Source: the human T2T-CHM13v2.0 reference genome, Homo sapiens. From it: 64,000 bases of DNA. Position numbers and translations under genes: made by a program. The stretch lies in NCBI RefSeq assembly GCF_009914755.1, contig NC_060931.1, one strand, 5' to 3'. Shown in pieces: positions 1 to 49,920 of this stretch. Under the pieces are notes generated by a model. The model was given only the letters and a program-made list of their open reading frames with translations, made no database searches and had not been told where the DNA came from. The stretch's first letter is position 1. Each line of letters starts with the position of its first letter.

Positions 1-747
1 CCGGGAGCTGTCGTCTGTCTTTCGGATGAGTCAGGAACAAATGCGTCAACACTGGGTGGCCGCCCTCGCCACTCCTGCGCACGGGCCCTGTGGGGAGAGC
101 CAGGCAGTGGGTGGCGTGGGACAGGTGATGCCCATGCCCAGTACTCAGGAGACCTGCATGGCAGCTCCTAAGATGGGTACAAGCGATCATAAGGAGGGAT
201 GTACGTGTCTCATCTCCCCACCCACCACGGGATCAGGTTGAGGCCGTCCAGGGAGTGCATGGGAGGGCTGCGCTCGGCGCATCTGCAGAGATCCCCTGAA
301 GAGGGGCCCTGGCTGCCTCCCACTGGGGTAGGTGCGGGCCCAGGTCCCCGACACCGTGATGGTGCTGTGGGACTTTGATGGACCTCACCCGGGGAGCCCA
401 GGCCTGCTCCACGGCAAGGTGGCCACGCACTGCCTCTGCAGTCCTGAGCACAGGCTCCATACGGGACCTGAGGCCTGGGCTCCATGACACTTGGGCTATG
501 TGCTTCCCTGGTGCTTCCCTCCTGGGGATGAAATCACACCCATAGGTAAAGGTTTGGGAGTGGAGGGAGACAGCAGGAGACAAAGCAAGGGGACGAGGAC
601 TCTGGCAGCCACAAAGGCAGCGGGAGGGCCCTGGAGGCTCCTGTTGGGCAGCGCAGTCAGGAAAGGGCCCACTAGGTGGGAGAGGCAGGCGCCTGGTGAG
701 TGCTGAGATCTGCACCACGAGAAGGGCTGGGCTCCCAAGGCATGCAT

Positions 748-2255
748 GGGGCCTGGGAGTGGAGGGAGTGTGAGCGGGTGTTAGGACGGGGTCTGGGGCG
801 AGCGGGTGTTAGGACGGGCCTGGGAGCGGAGGGAGTGCGAGCGGGTGTTAGGACGGGGTCTGGGAGTGGAGGGAGCGCGAGCGGGTGTTAGGACGGGGCC
901 TGGGAGTGGAGGGAGCGCGAGCGGGTGTCAGGACGGGGCCTGGGAGTGGAGGGAGCGCGAGCGGGTGTCAGGACGGGGTCTGGGAGTGGAGGGAGCGCGA
1001 GCGGGTGTCAGGACGGGGTCTGGGAGTGGAGGGAGCGCGAGCGGGTGTCAGGACGGGGTCTGGGAGTGGAGGGAGCGCGAGCGGGTGTCAGGACGGGGTC
1101 TGGGAGTGGAGGGAGCGTGAGCGGGTGTCAGGACGGGTCTGGGAGTGGAGGGAGCGCGAGCGGGTGTTAGGACGGGCCTGGGAGTGGAGGGAGCGCGAGC
1201 GGGTGTCAGGACGGGGTCTGGGAGTGGAGGGAGCGCGAGCGGGTGTCAGGACGGGGTCTGGGAGTGGAGGGAGCGCGAGCGGGTGTCAGGACGGGTCTGG
1301 GAGTGGAGGGAGCGCGAGCGGGTGTCAGGACGGGGTCTGGGAGTGGAGGGAGCGCGAGCGGGTGTCAGGACGGGGTCTGGGAGTGGAGGGAGCGCGAGCG
1401 GGTGTCAGGACGGGTCTGGGAGTGGAGGGAGCGCGAGCGGGTGTCAGGACGGGGTCTGGGAGTGGAGGGAGCGCGAGCGGGTGTCAGGACGGGTCTGGGA
1501 GTGGAGGGAGCGCGAGCGGGTGTCAGGACGGGCCTGGGAGTGGAGGGAGCGCGAGCGGGTGTCAGGACGGGGTCTGGGAGTGGAGGGAGCGCGAGCGGGT
1601 GTCAGGACGGGGTCTGGGAGTGGAGGGAGCGCGAGCGGGTGTCAGGACGGGGTCTGGGAGTGGAGGGAGCGCGAGCGGGTGTCAGGACGGGGTCTGGGAG
1701 TGGAGGGAGCGCGAGCGGGTGTCAGGACGGGGTCTGGGAGTGGAGGGAGCGCGAGCGGGTGTCAGGACGGGGTCTGGGAGTGGAGGGAGCGCGAGCGGGT
1801 GTCAGGACGGGGTCTGGGAGTGGAGGGAGCGTGAGCGGGTGTCAGGACGGGGTCTGGGAGTGGAGGGAGGGCGAGCGGGTGTCAGGACGGGCCTGGGAGT
1901 GGAGGGAGCGCGAGCGGGTGTCAGGACGGGGTCTGGGAGTGGAGGGAGCGCGAGCGGGTGTCAGGACGGGGTCTGGGAGTGGAGGGAGCGCGAGCGGGTG
2001 TCAGGACGGGGTCTGGGAGTGGAGGGAGCGCGAGCGGGTGTCAGGACGGGGTCTGGGAGTGGAGGGAGCGCGAGCGGGTGTCAGGACGGGGTCTGGGAGT
2101 GGAGGGAGCGCGAGCGGGTGTCAGGACGGGGTCTGGGAGTGGAGGGAGCGCGAGCGGGTGTCAGGACGGGGTCTGGGAGTGGAGGGAGCGAGAGTGGGTG
2201 TTGGGCCTGGGAGTGGAGGGAGTGTGAGCGGGTGTTAGGACGGGCTTGGGAGTGG
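748..2255. repeat. VNTR, 39-40-bp unit ggggtctgggagtggagggagcgcgagcgggtgtcaggac, about 37 copies, GET4 intron 4
   Basis: Near-perfect tandem repetition visible directly. Confidence 0.97.
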
Positions 2256-2714
2256 TGTGTGTTCATGAGATGTTGAGGGTTGGTTGTTGGGTCAGTGTGG
2301 TGAGAACATCAGGCTGGTTTCTGCTGTTGATCTACATCCGAGGTGCACTGGCCTGGGCCCTGATTATATTGCGCCCTGTAAGTTGCTTCTGGTAGGTGAG
2401 AAGGGTCACATGGTAACACTAATTGGTTATCACAACGAACATTAGTGCAGTTGGATTAAGCAGCTCCAAGAGCTTGGAGAATCAAGATGTTGCATAGCTG
2501 AGTGACTTTTCCCCGTGGATCTGTTGATTTGGTGCTGCGTGTGAGGCCTGGGCTGGCTCTGAGTCCCTATCAGGACCTCTGCCTGTGGGCTCTGGCTGGG
2601 CTCTCCTCCAGGGCGGGCAGGTGGGCTAGAATTAACATGGAGTGTCTTTCCCCCTTTCCTTTTCTGTGTTATATTCGTGAAATGTATTTACATTTTTCTG
2701 TCTTTCCTTTGCAG

Positions 2715-2853
2715 AACAAAACTATTGTGAGTCGAGGTATCATTTTCTGCACTCAGCAGACGGGGAGGGCTGTGCCAACATGCTGGTGGAGTATTCCACG
2801 TCCCGCGGCTTCCGCAGCGAGGTGGACATGTTCGTGGCCCAGGCCGTGCTACA
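2715..2853 (+). CDS. GET4: GET4 exon 5 (139 nt)
   Basis: Acceptor tctttcctttgcag|, donor ACA|gtaggt; encodes [45 protein letters not shown](Q). Confidence 0.95.
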
Positions 2854-5800
2854 GTAGGTGTCTGTGGCTCTTCGGGTCTCGGCTTCCATTGCTGCCTTGG
2901 CTGGGCAGCCTTAGAACAGGTCCCCTTGTCCCCTGTCCGAGCCGAGCTGCAGGATAAACTGAGTTCACTCTGGGCAGAGCCCACAGTGCACTTGTCAGCC
3001 TGACCCATGATTTTTCATAAGTTTAACCAATGTTAAGAAGTATTTTAGAAACTCCCCCTTTCCCGACGGGCACTGGAGTGCCCTACACACGCCCCTCGCC
3101 TCTCGCCCACTGCCGGGAGGCCCTGTGGTCTCTGCTGTACTCAGGCCTGCCTCGGCCAGTTCTTTCCCGCACTATCTGGAAATGCGTGGAATTGTGAGCA
3201 TCTACCCCGCGGCCCCTCCCGCCAGCTCGCTGGGGCGTCCTGCAGGCCAGGCTCCGGGCGCTGTCTGCTCCTGCGTGGTCCCTTCCGCCAGCTCGGGCGC
3301 TGTCTGCTCCTGCGTGGTCCCTCCCGCCAGCTCGCTGGGGCGTCCTGCAGGCCAGGCTCCGGGCGCTGCCTGCTCCAGGGGCTGGCCTTCGCTTCCTTTC
3401 TCACGAAAGCCTTACTTGTGCCCGTCAGTTTCTTCCCACAGAACAAATATGGATTTCAAGGCGGGCGTTGGGGATTTGATGTAGGATTTGGGGACAGACA
3501 TCCTCTGACCTCAGCGTTGCCCGCTGCGGAGCTTTGCCAGGAGCTGGCGTCCGTGACTTAAGTGAAAAGCTCGGTCAAACCCAGAGCTCCCTGGCTCTGC
3601 GCTACGCCGTGTACATGTTTTCTCTGGGCTGACAGGGGCCCTGCCCCTGGGGCACTGAGCCCTCCCTGTGGGTCCTCGAACAGAAGCCAGGGTCTGTGCG
3701 GCACCCACCAGCTGCTGGGCCATGGCGGAGTGTTCTGGTGCGGGCCAGCGCCTGACCGGTGCGGGCGGCCTCAGGAGAGGAGAGCTTGCTCAGTGCGTCA
3801 CGTAGTCAGGGCTCAGGCTGGGGCCCGGCTCCAGAGCCTGGTCACATTCCCAAGCTTCATTCTCTTCACCTGTGAATTGCAGGCTTCCCTGGTGTGCCCT
3901 GCACATGAGGGAAGACACGCGTGAAGCACTGGGTCCCTCCATGGCCTTGGGCCGCAGGAACCGTGGGCGCACGAGCTTGGGAAGGACATGTCGGAGGCCG
4001 GCGCCTGTGCGGGCAGAAGCTGTGTCCTCCAGCCCTTCCACCACCAGCATGTTCTCATTTCCAGGTTTCTCTGTTTAAAAAACAAAAGTAGCGCATCGGT
4101 GGTCTTCACGACGTACACCCAGAAGCACCCGTCCATCGAGGACGGGCCTCCGTTTGTGGAGCCGCTGCTTAACTTCATCTGGTTCCTGCTGCTGGCTGTG
4201 GACGGGTGCGTCTTGGGATCCTGCAGGGGGAGGGGGCTGTGAATGTGCGGGTTGTGTGTAGACGTGGTGTGGATAGCTGTGTGGGTGTGTGTGCAAGTGT
4301 AGCCATGGTGTGGGTAGCCGTGTGGGTATATGCATAGGGTATGAGTGCTGGGTGTAGACGTGGCATAGGTGTGTGTGCAGGTCTGTTGGGTGTAGACATG
4401 GTAGTGCGGGTAGCTGTGTGGCGTGGGGGAGTGTAGGTGTTGGGCCTCTGGTAGTGTGGGTGTGTGCAGGTGTGGGGTGGTGTGGGTGCAGACGTCTGGG
4501 GGGTTGTGTGCGGGTGTTGGGTATCCATGTGGTGTGGGGGTGTGTAGACGTGTATACAGGTGTGAGTGCAGGTGTAGACGGCGTATGTGCAGGTGTTGCG
4601 TGTCTGGTGTGGGTAGTTGGGGTGCGTGCAGGTATGTGTGTTGTGTGTAGACGTGTGGGTAGCTGTGGGGGTGTGCAGGTGTGTGTACTGGGTATAGACG
4701 TGGCATGGGTTGCTGGGTGTGTGCAGGTGTTGGGTGTTTGCAGGTAAGTGTTGGGCGCGGGCGTGGTGGTGTTTGCAGGTGAGGGGTGTAGGCGTGTGTG
4801 CAGGTGAGTGTTGGGTGTGGGCGTGGTGGTGTGTGCAGGCGAGTGTTGGGTGCGGGCGTGGTGATGTGTGCAGGCAAGTGTTGGGTGTAGGCGTGGTGTG
4901 TGCAGGTGAGTGTTGGGTGTAGGCGTGGTGGTGTTTGCAGGTGAGTGTTGGGCGCGGGCGCGGTGGTGTGTGCAGGTGAGTGTTGGGCGTGGGCGTGGTG
5001 GTGTGTGCAGGTGAGTGTTGGGCGCGGGCGCGGTGGTGTGTGCAGGTGAGTGTTGGGCGCGGGCGCGGTGGTGTGTGCAGGTGAGTGTTGGGCGCGGGCG
5101 TGGTGGTGGTTGCAGGTGAGTGTTGGGTGTGGGCGTGGTGTGTGCAGGTGAGTGTTGGGCGTGGGCGCGGTGGTGTGTGCAGGTGAGTGTTGGGTGCAGG
5201 CATGGTTGCAGGTGAGTGTTGGGCGCGGGCGCGGTGGTTTGTGCAGGTGAGTGTTGGGTGCGGGCATGGTGGTTGCAGGTGAGTGTTGGGTGTAGGCGTG
5301 GTGGTGTGTGCAGGTGAGTGTTGGGCGTAGGCGTGGTGGTTGCAGGTGAGTGTTGGGCAAGGGCGCGGTGGTGTGTGCAGGTGAGTGTTGGGCGCGGGCG
5401 TGGTGGTGTGTGCAGGTGAGTGTTGGGCGCAGGCGCGGTGGTTTGTGCAGGTGAGTGTGGTCCTGTTCTGCTCACCCAGCACATCCCTGTGTGTCTCTGT
5501 CCCAGTGGGAAGCTGACGGTGTTCACTGTGCTGTGTGAGCAGTACCAGCCATCCCTCCGGCGGGACCCCATGTACAACGAGGTGAGAGCTTGGGGCTGGG
5601 GAGGGAGGAGGGGACCCCACGGTCTGGGTCCACCCCCTCTGAGCCCGCTGCCTGTGCCTTGCAGTACCTCGACCGCATAGGACAGCTGTTCTTCGGCGTC
5701 CCGCCCAAGCAGACGTCTTCCTACGGGGGCCTGCTCGGTAAGCCGGGGCGCCCTTGTCACACCCACTCCAGCCCTGGGTCGGTGTGGGGTCATCATCTCT

Positions 5801-7188
5801 GCCCAGGCAGGTCCAGTGCGGTCCTTCACGTGGAAGTGGTTTTCTGATCTTTTAAATGTTTCTCAGTTTACTTTTGTTAGTAGGAAATTATTAGATTTCA
5901 GAGTTGAGAATTCTGGCACGGTGGCTCGCAGCCCCGTCTCCACTCCAGAGCTCCCCATCCCTGAGGTGTCTTCCATTTCCTGGCAGGGATCACATCACGT
6001 GGCTGGCTGCGTGCTCCCCCGTCTCTCTGTGCGCCATGCTAGGTGGCCTCCGTGAGCCTGGTGTGCCCGGGACGCTGCCAGCCGTCGTGCTGGGGCAGGC
6101 AGTGCTGCCGTGGCTTTGGGGTCGCGGCGGGGCGGGTGTCTCACTGTGGGTGGTGGTTCATGGCACCGCGGGAGAGGCCCCTCACTGAGCCGCCTGCCTT
6201 CCCAGCGTCACCTGTCTGGGTTTATTTTAGTGGGAGGTGTGAGGTGGTGACCTCTCCCCACAGATGTCTGCCCTGGTGCAGCTGCGTCCTGTGGCAGGCC
6301 CTGTCCTCCCCGGATGCCCCCCCCAGACACCCTGGCCCTCACCGTGCCCCGTGACACAGGCACCTCCACCCCAACACCCGTCAGGAGCGCCCTGACTCTT
6401 CTGACTCTCCAGTCGAAACCGCAGCCTGAGCTCCCGTTCCACAGAAGCGCCGTCAGGGCGTGTCCTGAGATGGGGTGACGTCGTGGATAAGAGAGGGTGA
6501 CACTGCCACGGCCGTGTCTTTGTATTCAAAGAACACGGTGTAACGTCTCGTTTGGGTTCAGGAGACTTTTGGAGCTTTGGCTTTGTACGTACAGAGTAGT
6601 TGTTGATTGGATAAAAATCAGATGACAGTGACCGCAGTTGGCCCCTGTGGGAGCAGCCGTTGAAGCTTTGGCACATCCAGTTGATTCATGTGTCACTGTA
6701 GGGCGCAGTGTGCTCTACAGCCCCACTTCTCTGCTCAAAAATCTCTTTCCGTGAGGTGGTGTTGGTTCTGTAGGTCCCTCCGTGGCTCCTGTTGGTGGGT
6801 GTGGAGGGTGGTTCTGTAGGCCCCCGTGGCTGCTCCATGGCCCCGTTGGTGGATGTGGGAGGGCCGTTCTGTGGAGTCCCCCGTGGCTGCTCCATGTTTG
6901 AGTATCTCTGTGGTCGTCGGCTCCCTGGCCTCCAGAGTGTCCTGTCCCGGGGTTCCTGGGTCGTAGACAGTAGCGATGTGAGGCTTTTGCTTGTTCCATG
7001 GGACACTGGGACACCTTGTGAGACGTTTGTGGGAAGGAGGGGCTTGGGGGCCTGTGGGAGGCTGCCCAGGCGTGACTGCCACGGTGTTCTTCTTTCCAGG
7101 GAACCTTCTGACCAGCCTCATGGGCTCCTCAGAGCAGGAGGATGGGGAGGAGAGCCCCAGCGACGGCAGCCCCATCGAGCTGGACTGA
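2715..7188 (+). CDS. GET4: GET4 (guided entry of tail-anchored proteins factor 4 / TRC35), 3' part: spliced exons 5-9; upstream exons are outside the window
   Basis: Five GT-AG-bounded exons join in frame to (E)[26 protein letters not shown]...[15 protein letters not shown]...[14 protein letters not shown]...[15 protein letters not shown]...[29 protein letters not shown], the known GET4 C-terminal half. Confidence 0.97.
3214..3378. repeat. Short tandem duplication (about 67-bp unit, 3 copies, middle copy internally deleted)
   Basis: ccctcccgccagctcg...gggcgctgtctgctcc repeated. Confidence 0.85.
4065..4205 (+). CDS. GET4: GET4 exon 6 (141 nt)
   Basis: Acceptor ttctcatttccag|, donor CGG|gtgcgt; encodes [46 protein letters not shown](G). 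Confidence 0.96.
4240..5458. repeat. GT-rich degenerate repeat grading into a 35-bp VNTR (gtgtgcaggtgagtgttgggcgcgggcgcggtggt), GET4 intron 6
   Basis: 35-bp periodicity at 4938, 4973, 5008, 5043, 5078 and 5113, with 29-32-bp variants. Confidence 0.95.
5506..5581 (+). CDS. GET4: GET4 exon 7 (76 nt)
   Basis: Acceptor tctctgtcccag|, donor GAG|gtgaga; encodes [25 protein letters not shown]. Confidence 0.96.
5665..5737 (+). CDS. GET4: GET4 exon 8 (73 nt)
   Basis: Acceptor gtgccttgcag|, donor TCG|gtaagc; encodes [24 protein letters not shown](G). Confidence 0.96.
7100..7188 (+). CDS. GET4: GET4 exon 9, coding part (terminal exon)
   Basis: Acceptor ttcttctttccag|; encodes [28 protein letters not shown] then TGA. 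Confidence 0.96.
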
Positions 7189-7431
7189 ACTGGCCAGGCC
7201 ACGTGGAGACACCACGGTCGACGACGGCTGGAGGGACGTTTCAGAGGCGAGTCCTGGGTGGCTCCTCGCCTTGGGGGCTCCTGGCCCTGAGGCTGGCGGT
7301 GGCCGCATGCCGGCGCGTGTCTGTTTCTGTGCGGCGGCTCAGGGTGGCGCGGCTGCTGCTCACTGTGCTGCTGGGACCCAAGAGTGGGGCGTCGCCCCTG
7401 CTGGCCGCCGCGTCCCCCGAGATTGACCCAC

Positions 7432-7437
7432 AATAAA
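7432..7437 (+). terminator. GET4 proximal polyadenylation signal AATAAA
   Basis: AATAAA about 245 nt after the stop, followed by a U/GU-rich element (ctttgttctgggtcctttt). Confidence 0.65.
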
Positions 7438-8181
7438 GCACAGGCCTTACCGCGGCGTCACCCTCTCCCACTCCTTTGTTCTGGGTCCTTTCGGGAGGGC
7501 TGATGGGCAGCACAGGAGGCCCGTCCTCGGGGGGCTGCGCACATCACGCTCCTTGCCGGGCGTCCGGCACAGCTGCGGTCACCAAAGCAGGTGCTGGCCC
7601 TCGGACCTGAGAGCCCAGCCAGGGCCCATGTGGTCTGCAAATGGGAGCGGCTGTTTTTGAACACGGGGTCATTCTGCAGTCAGGACGAACCGGTCCCCGT
7701 CGCAGACGGAGTGCACGTGCCCTGCGCCACATCCTCACGCTCGGTGGAGGGACGCGTGCGGCGGGACGGTGCCTACGGGTACTTGCAGCTGTGTCCCATG
7801 TGGCATCCCAGAGCTGCGCCCTGCTGGTCTCTGTGAGCGCCACGCTGCTGTGCTGGAAATGCCGCTTTAAAAAGGGATACCGTGGGACTCTGCCCGTCTC
7901 TTTCATAACGCAATATTTATTTGTATTGGGTGACGATTGATTCTTTCGACCTAACATTTTGGGTTTTAACCAAATAACCGGTCCAGGAGTGAGCAGCTCC
8001 GTTCTGTCAGATGCTACTCCAAATGTTACCAGAACGATGACAAAAGGGGAGACGCTCTATTTTTTCACAGTTAAATGACAGTTGTAGATTGATACGCAGT
8101 TGTGCATGGGAAGGGGAAACGCACAGCTTTATTTACTGTAAAGTGGAATTTCAGGAAGGCTTGTGTGAACCGTTGCGCATA

Positions 8182-8187
8182 AATAAA
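8182..8187 (+). terminator. GET4 distal polyadenylation signal AATAAA
   Basis: AATAAA at the end of an AT-richer UTR block, followed by ggtcctttcttgg...ggtgtg. Confidence 0.75.
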
Positions 8188-9418
8188 CCCTTTCTACCGG
8201 GCTGTGCAACGCTGGTCCTTTCTTGGGCGCTGGTGTGGGGGATCTCTCTCTGCTCTCAGGGCTGTGCCTGGGAGCCCCCAGAGGAGGCGTACCCTGTGGC
8301 CAGACTGCCCGTGCGTGGACGGAGCAGAGGGCTATCAGGAAGTCACGTTCACTTGGCTGTGATTTTAGAAATAAGTTTTGTGTAATTTCATCAAAATTCA
8401 TAAAAATCAAATCCACCAGGTCTGGGTGTCACAGCCTCAAAGAGCAGGCCCTTGGGCTGCAGGGGAGACAGTGGCGCAGAGCCCTGACCCTGTCCTAGGT
8501 GCTGACAGGACACCCGTCCCTCCCGTGTGGCACTTGCTTTGAGCAGCGAGTTCGATCCGGAGTGACCAAGGATTTTGTGTGCGGCGTCACTCGGGCTTAC
8601 CGTGAGACGGCAGGAACAGCCGGCCGGAGCCCCGCAGGCGGCCCCTCGTGGCCCGTGCTGAGCCTGCGCCGCGGCGTCTGCCTCTGCCTGCCTCAGGACT
8701 TCGCGGCGGAGTCACGGTCCGTCCCTGTGCCTGCTGCCAGCGAGGGGATGCCCTTCCCCACAGCTGTGTCCACGCGGGGAGGTGTGGACAGCGAGTGAGC
8801 GACCACCTTCTGTGCCTGCGCCACCTCCCCTGGTTCAAAAAATTCTTTCCCCCCATTAGAAAGTTGTTCTGTGGTTTTTAAAATGTGACAGTCGTCAGTG
8901 TCCTCAGCACACACGTGGACACGTGCACATTCGGGGACACGCACACACTGAGCACGTGCCCACACTTCCACGCCATGGGGAGGGCTGTGGGCACTGCTGG
9001 TTTCCCCCGGGGGTGTGTCCAGCACAGCCCAGGGCTCTCCCTGACCCAGGCCCACTCCTCTCACCTCGGGTTAGGACCGTGGCACCTGGTGAGGTTGCGG
9101 GGCACTTGCCTGGGGTTTCAGCTCCAAGTGGGGGTACCTCGCCCACATCCTCGTCACCAGCACAGCTGCCTTGGGGACCCCTAGGCTGGGATTGGGAGAC
9201 CTCTACTCCGCCCTAGAGTCCCAGCTCCTCATTGGAGAAGTGGGATTCAGCATGTTCTGTGTGAGGGCTGAGGGGCCCAGCATTGGGGGGGTGGGCTGGC
9301 AGGCACAGGGGACCCCCGACCCGGGATGCATCCCCCACACTGTCCTTCATGCTGAGCTTGGCTTGGCTTTCAGGCTGTGGACTCTGCCCAGGAACTGCCT
9401 GGCGGGCCTCAGATGGAG

Positions 9419-9487
9419 GGGGCACCTGGGGAAGGGGGGCACCTGGGGAAGGGGGGCACCTGGGGAAGGGGTGCTGGGGGGCACCTC
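9419..9487. repeat. G-rich short tandem repeat (gggggcacctggggaa) x3-4, between the two poly(A) signals
   Basis: Direct repetition with G4-compatible G runs. Confidence 0.75.
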
Positions 9488-9704
9488 GGGTAGGGACCGT
9501 CTCCCGTGTACAAGGAGCATGGCGCTGTGACTAGCTCAGACACCGTGTCCTCCCTCCAAACCTCAGGGAGCGAGGGCCCTGTCAGGTCCCTGGGAGCAGA
9601 CGAAGATTCTCCTGAAGCCAGGGAGGCAGGGCCACGTGTTCCCAGCCCAACTTCCTCCCCACTCCATCCTCGGACACACAGCTGGAACCATGCCAGAGCC
9701 ACAT

Positions 9705-9710
9705 TTTATT
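9705..9710 (-). terminator. ADAP1 polyadenylation signal AATAAA
   Basis: tttatt on +, about 1 kb after the ADAP1 stop; GU-rich tgtgtgt follows on the - strand. Confidence 0.8.
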
Positions 9711-10703
9711 CCAGGATGCGACACGGGGCGGCGGATGCCTGGCCTCGGAAACCCCCTCCCTGCCTATGAGGGCTTGTCCAGGGCTCCCCTGGAACACAGC
9801 TCAGCCAGGCAAGGCTGGGAGAGGGCTGGGCCCCCCAGGTGACCTGCAGACGCCTCCCCCACCTACATGCCCCACGCAAGGGGAGCCCTGGAGCCCGGCC
9901 TGCCTTGACAGGAAGGAGATAGGTGAAAAATAAATACACGGCTGGGCCGCCTGCAGCAAGCGCGACAGTGCCCGGGACCCCCAGGGCCACTCCTGCCTCT
10001 GGTGGCCTCACCGCGGCCCAGGCCCTCGTCCCCAAGGGTTCAGACACCACTGTCGGCGAGCACCGTGCTGGGCGCAGAGGCCACGTGTGGTGGGACGGCA
10101 GCCTGCTGGCCCCTCCAGGTGAGGACCAGGAGCACAGGCTGTGGCAACTCCAGCCCGGGCAGGGGCCGGGACCTGTGTGGATAATCCACCCAAACACCCC
10201 ACGGCCCTCATAGCCCCGTGACACACAACAGGCGCTCAATAAATAGTCGTGGAGGTGGGGGGAGGGCGGGGCGGCATGCGAGCAGGGCCCAGTCCCCAGC
10301 GGCCGGCAGCTGCCCACCGTGCTGGCCCCAAGCAGGGCTCTGCGCTGAGGCCTGGAAGTTCCCACAGCCGTGGTGGGCGGCTCCTGGGGGCTGTGTCTGA
10401 GCTCGGGAGCCAGACTGGGCCCTGGAGGAAAGGGGGCCCCGGGTCAGGGAGGGGCAGGTTGGCTGGGTGTGGTCAGCAGCAGCATGACGGGGTTAGAGAT
10501 CAGGCCCAGGGCCTGGGCTGCCTGCCTTGAGGTTCCAGAGAAGCATCCTGGAAGCTGAAGCTCGGGCCCTACCTGGCCGCGCCGGGCTGCCCTGAGGAGC
10601 AGGTGGGGCCAGGTGGCCTCAGGACGCCAGAGCCCCCCCATCCACGGGTCCCCTCCGTCCAGCCACAGTGAGTCCAATGTCCGTGGTCCTCCAGCCGCAC
10701 TCG

Positions 10704-48941
<38,238 letters not shown>

Positions 48942-49579
48942 CTGCAAGGGAAAGCCGGACGTTCACGGAGGCTCAGCCCAGGGACCCCGGAGGGAGGGTG
49001 GACGGAGCCTCGAGTCAGGAGCCCCCGGCCATGCAGTGGGGGGGGCTTCAGCGGAGACCCCCGGGTACACCAGGCTCCGTGCGCCCCACAGGCACCTAAC
49101 CCCAGCTCCCCCCCGCCCTCTGCCCGGTTCAGACGGGGCTCTCCCCAGACACCCCACGGCATCTGAGGAAGCCGATCTGCATGCACCTGCTCTGCGCCGC
49201 GGGTGCCGGGAACCTCCAGCAGAGGCCGGCCCCACAGGAGCCCATGCCCCGGGCTGGAGGGCACCCGGCACTCGTGAGGATGGGTCCACCTGCTTTCCTC
49301 GTGTCCGCTGCCCTGGGAGAAGTCTGTGGGCCCGAATCCTCCTGGGTGATGGGGCCAAGATTGGGAAATTCAGATAGGATCTGAGTGCAGGGGGTGCCTC
49401 ACACCCAACGCGCTGCACACCCCCGAAGGACGGATGGTAGCCGCGGATGACGACGCACCCTGCGTGGGGTGACAGTGCCCGGCGGCCACTAACTTTGCAG
49501 GTGTGACAGCGGCGCTGTGGCTTCACCCTGCATGTGGCCTGTCTAGGGATTCCACGTCTCGATGTCTGGTTTGCCTTAA

Positions 49580-49920
<341 letters not shown>

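Noticed and set aside
806-2276. Long G/R/E/S-rich ORFs
   Set aside because: VNTR translation within a GET4 intron
3813-5829. 480-584-aa H/T/P-rich antisense ORFs
   Set aside because: Reverse complement of the GT-rich VNTR; no coding features
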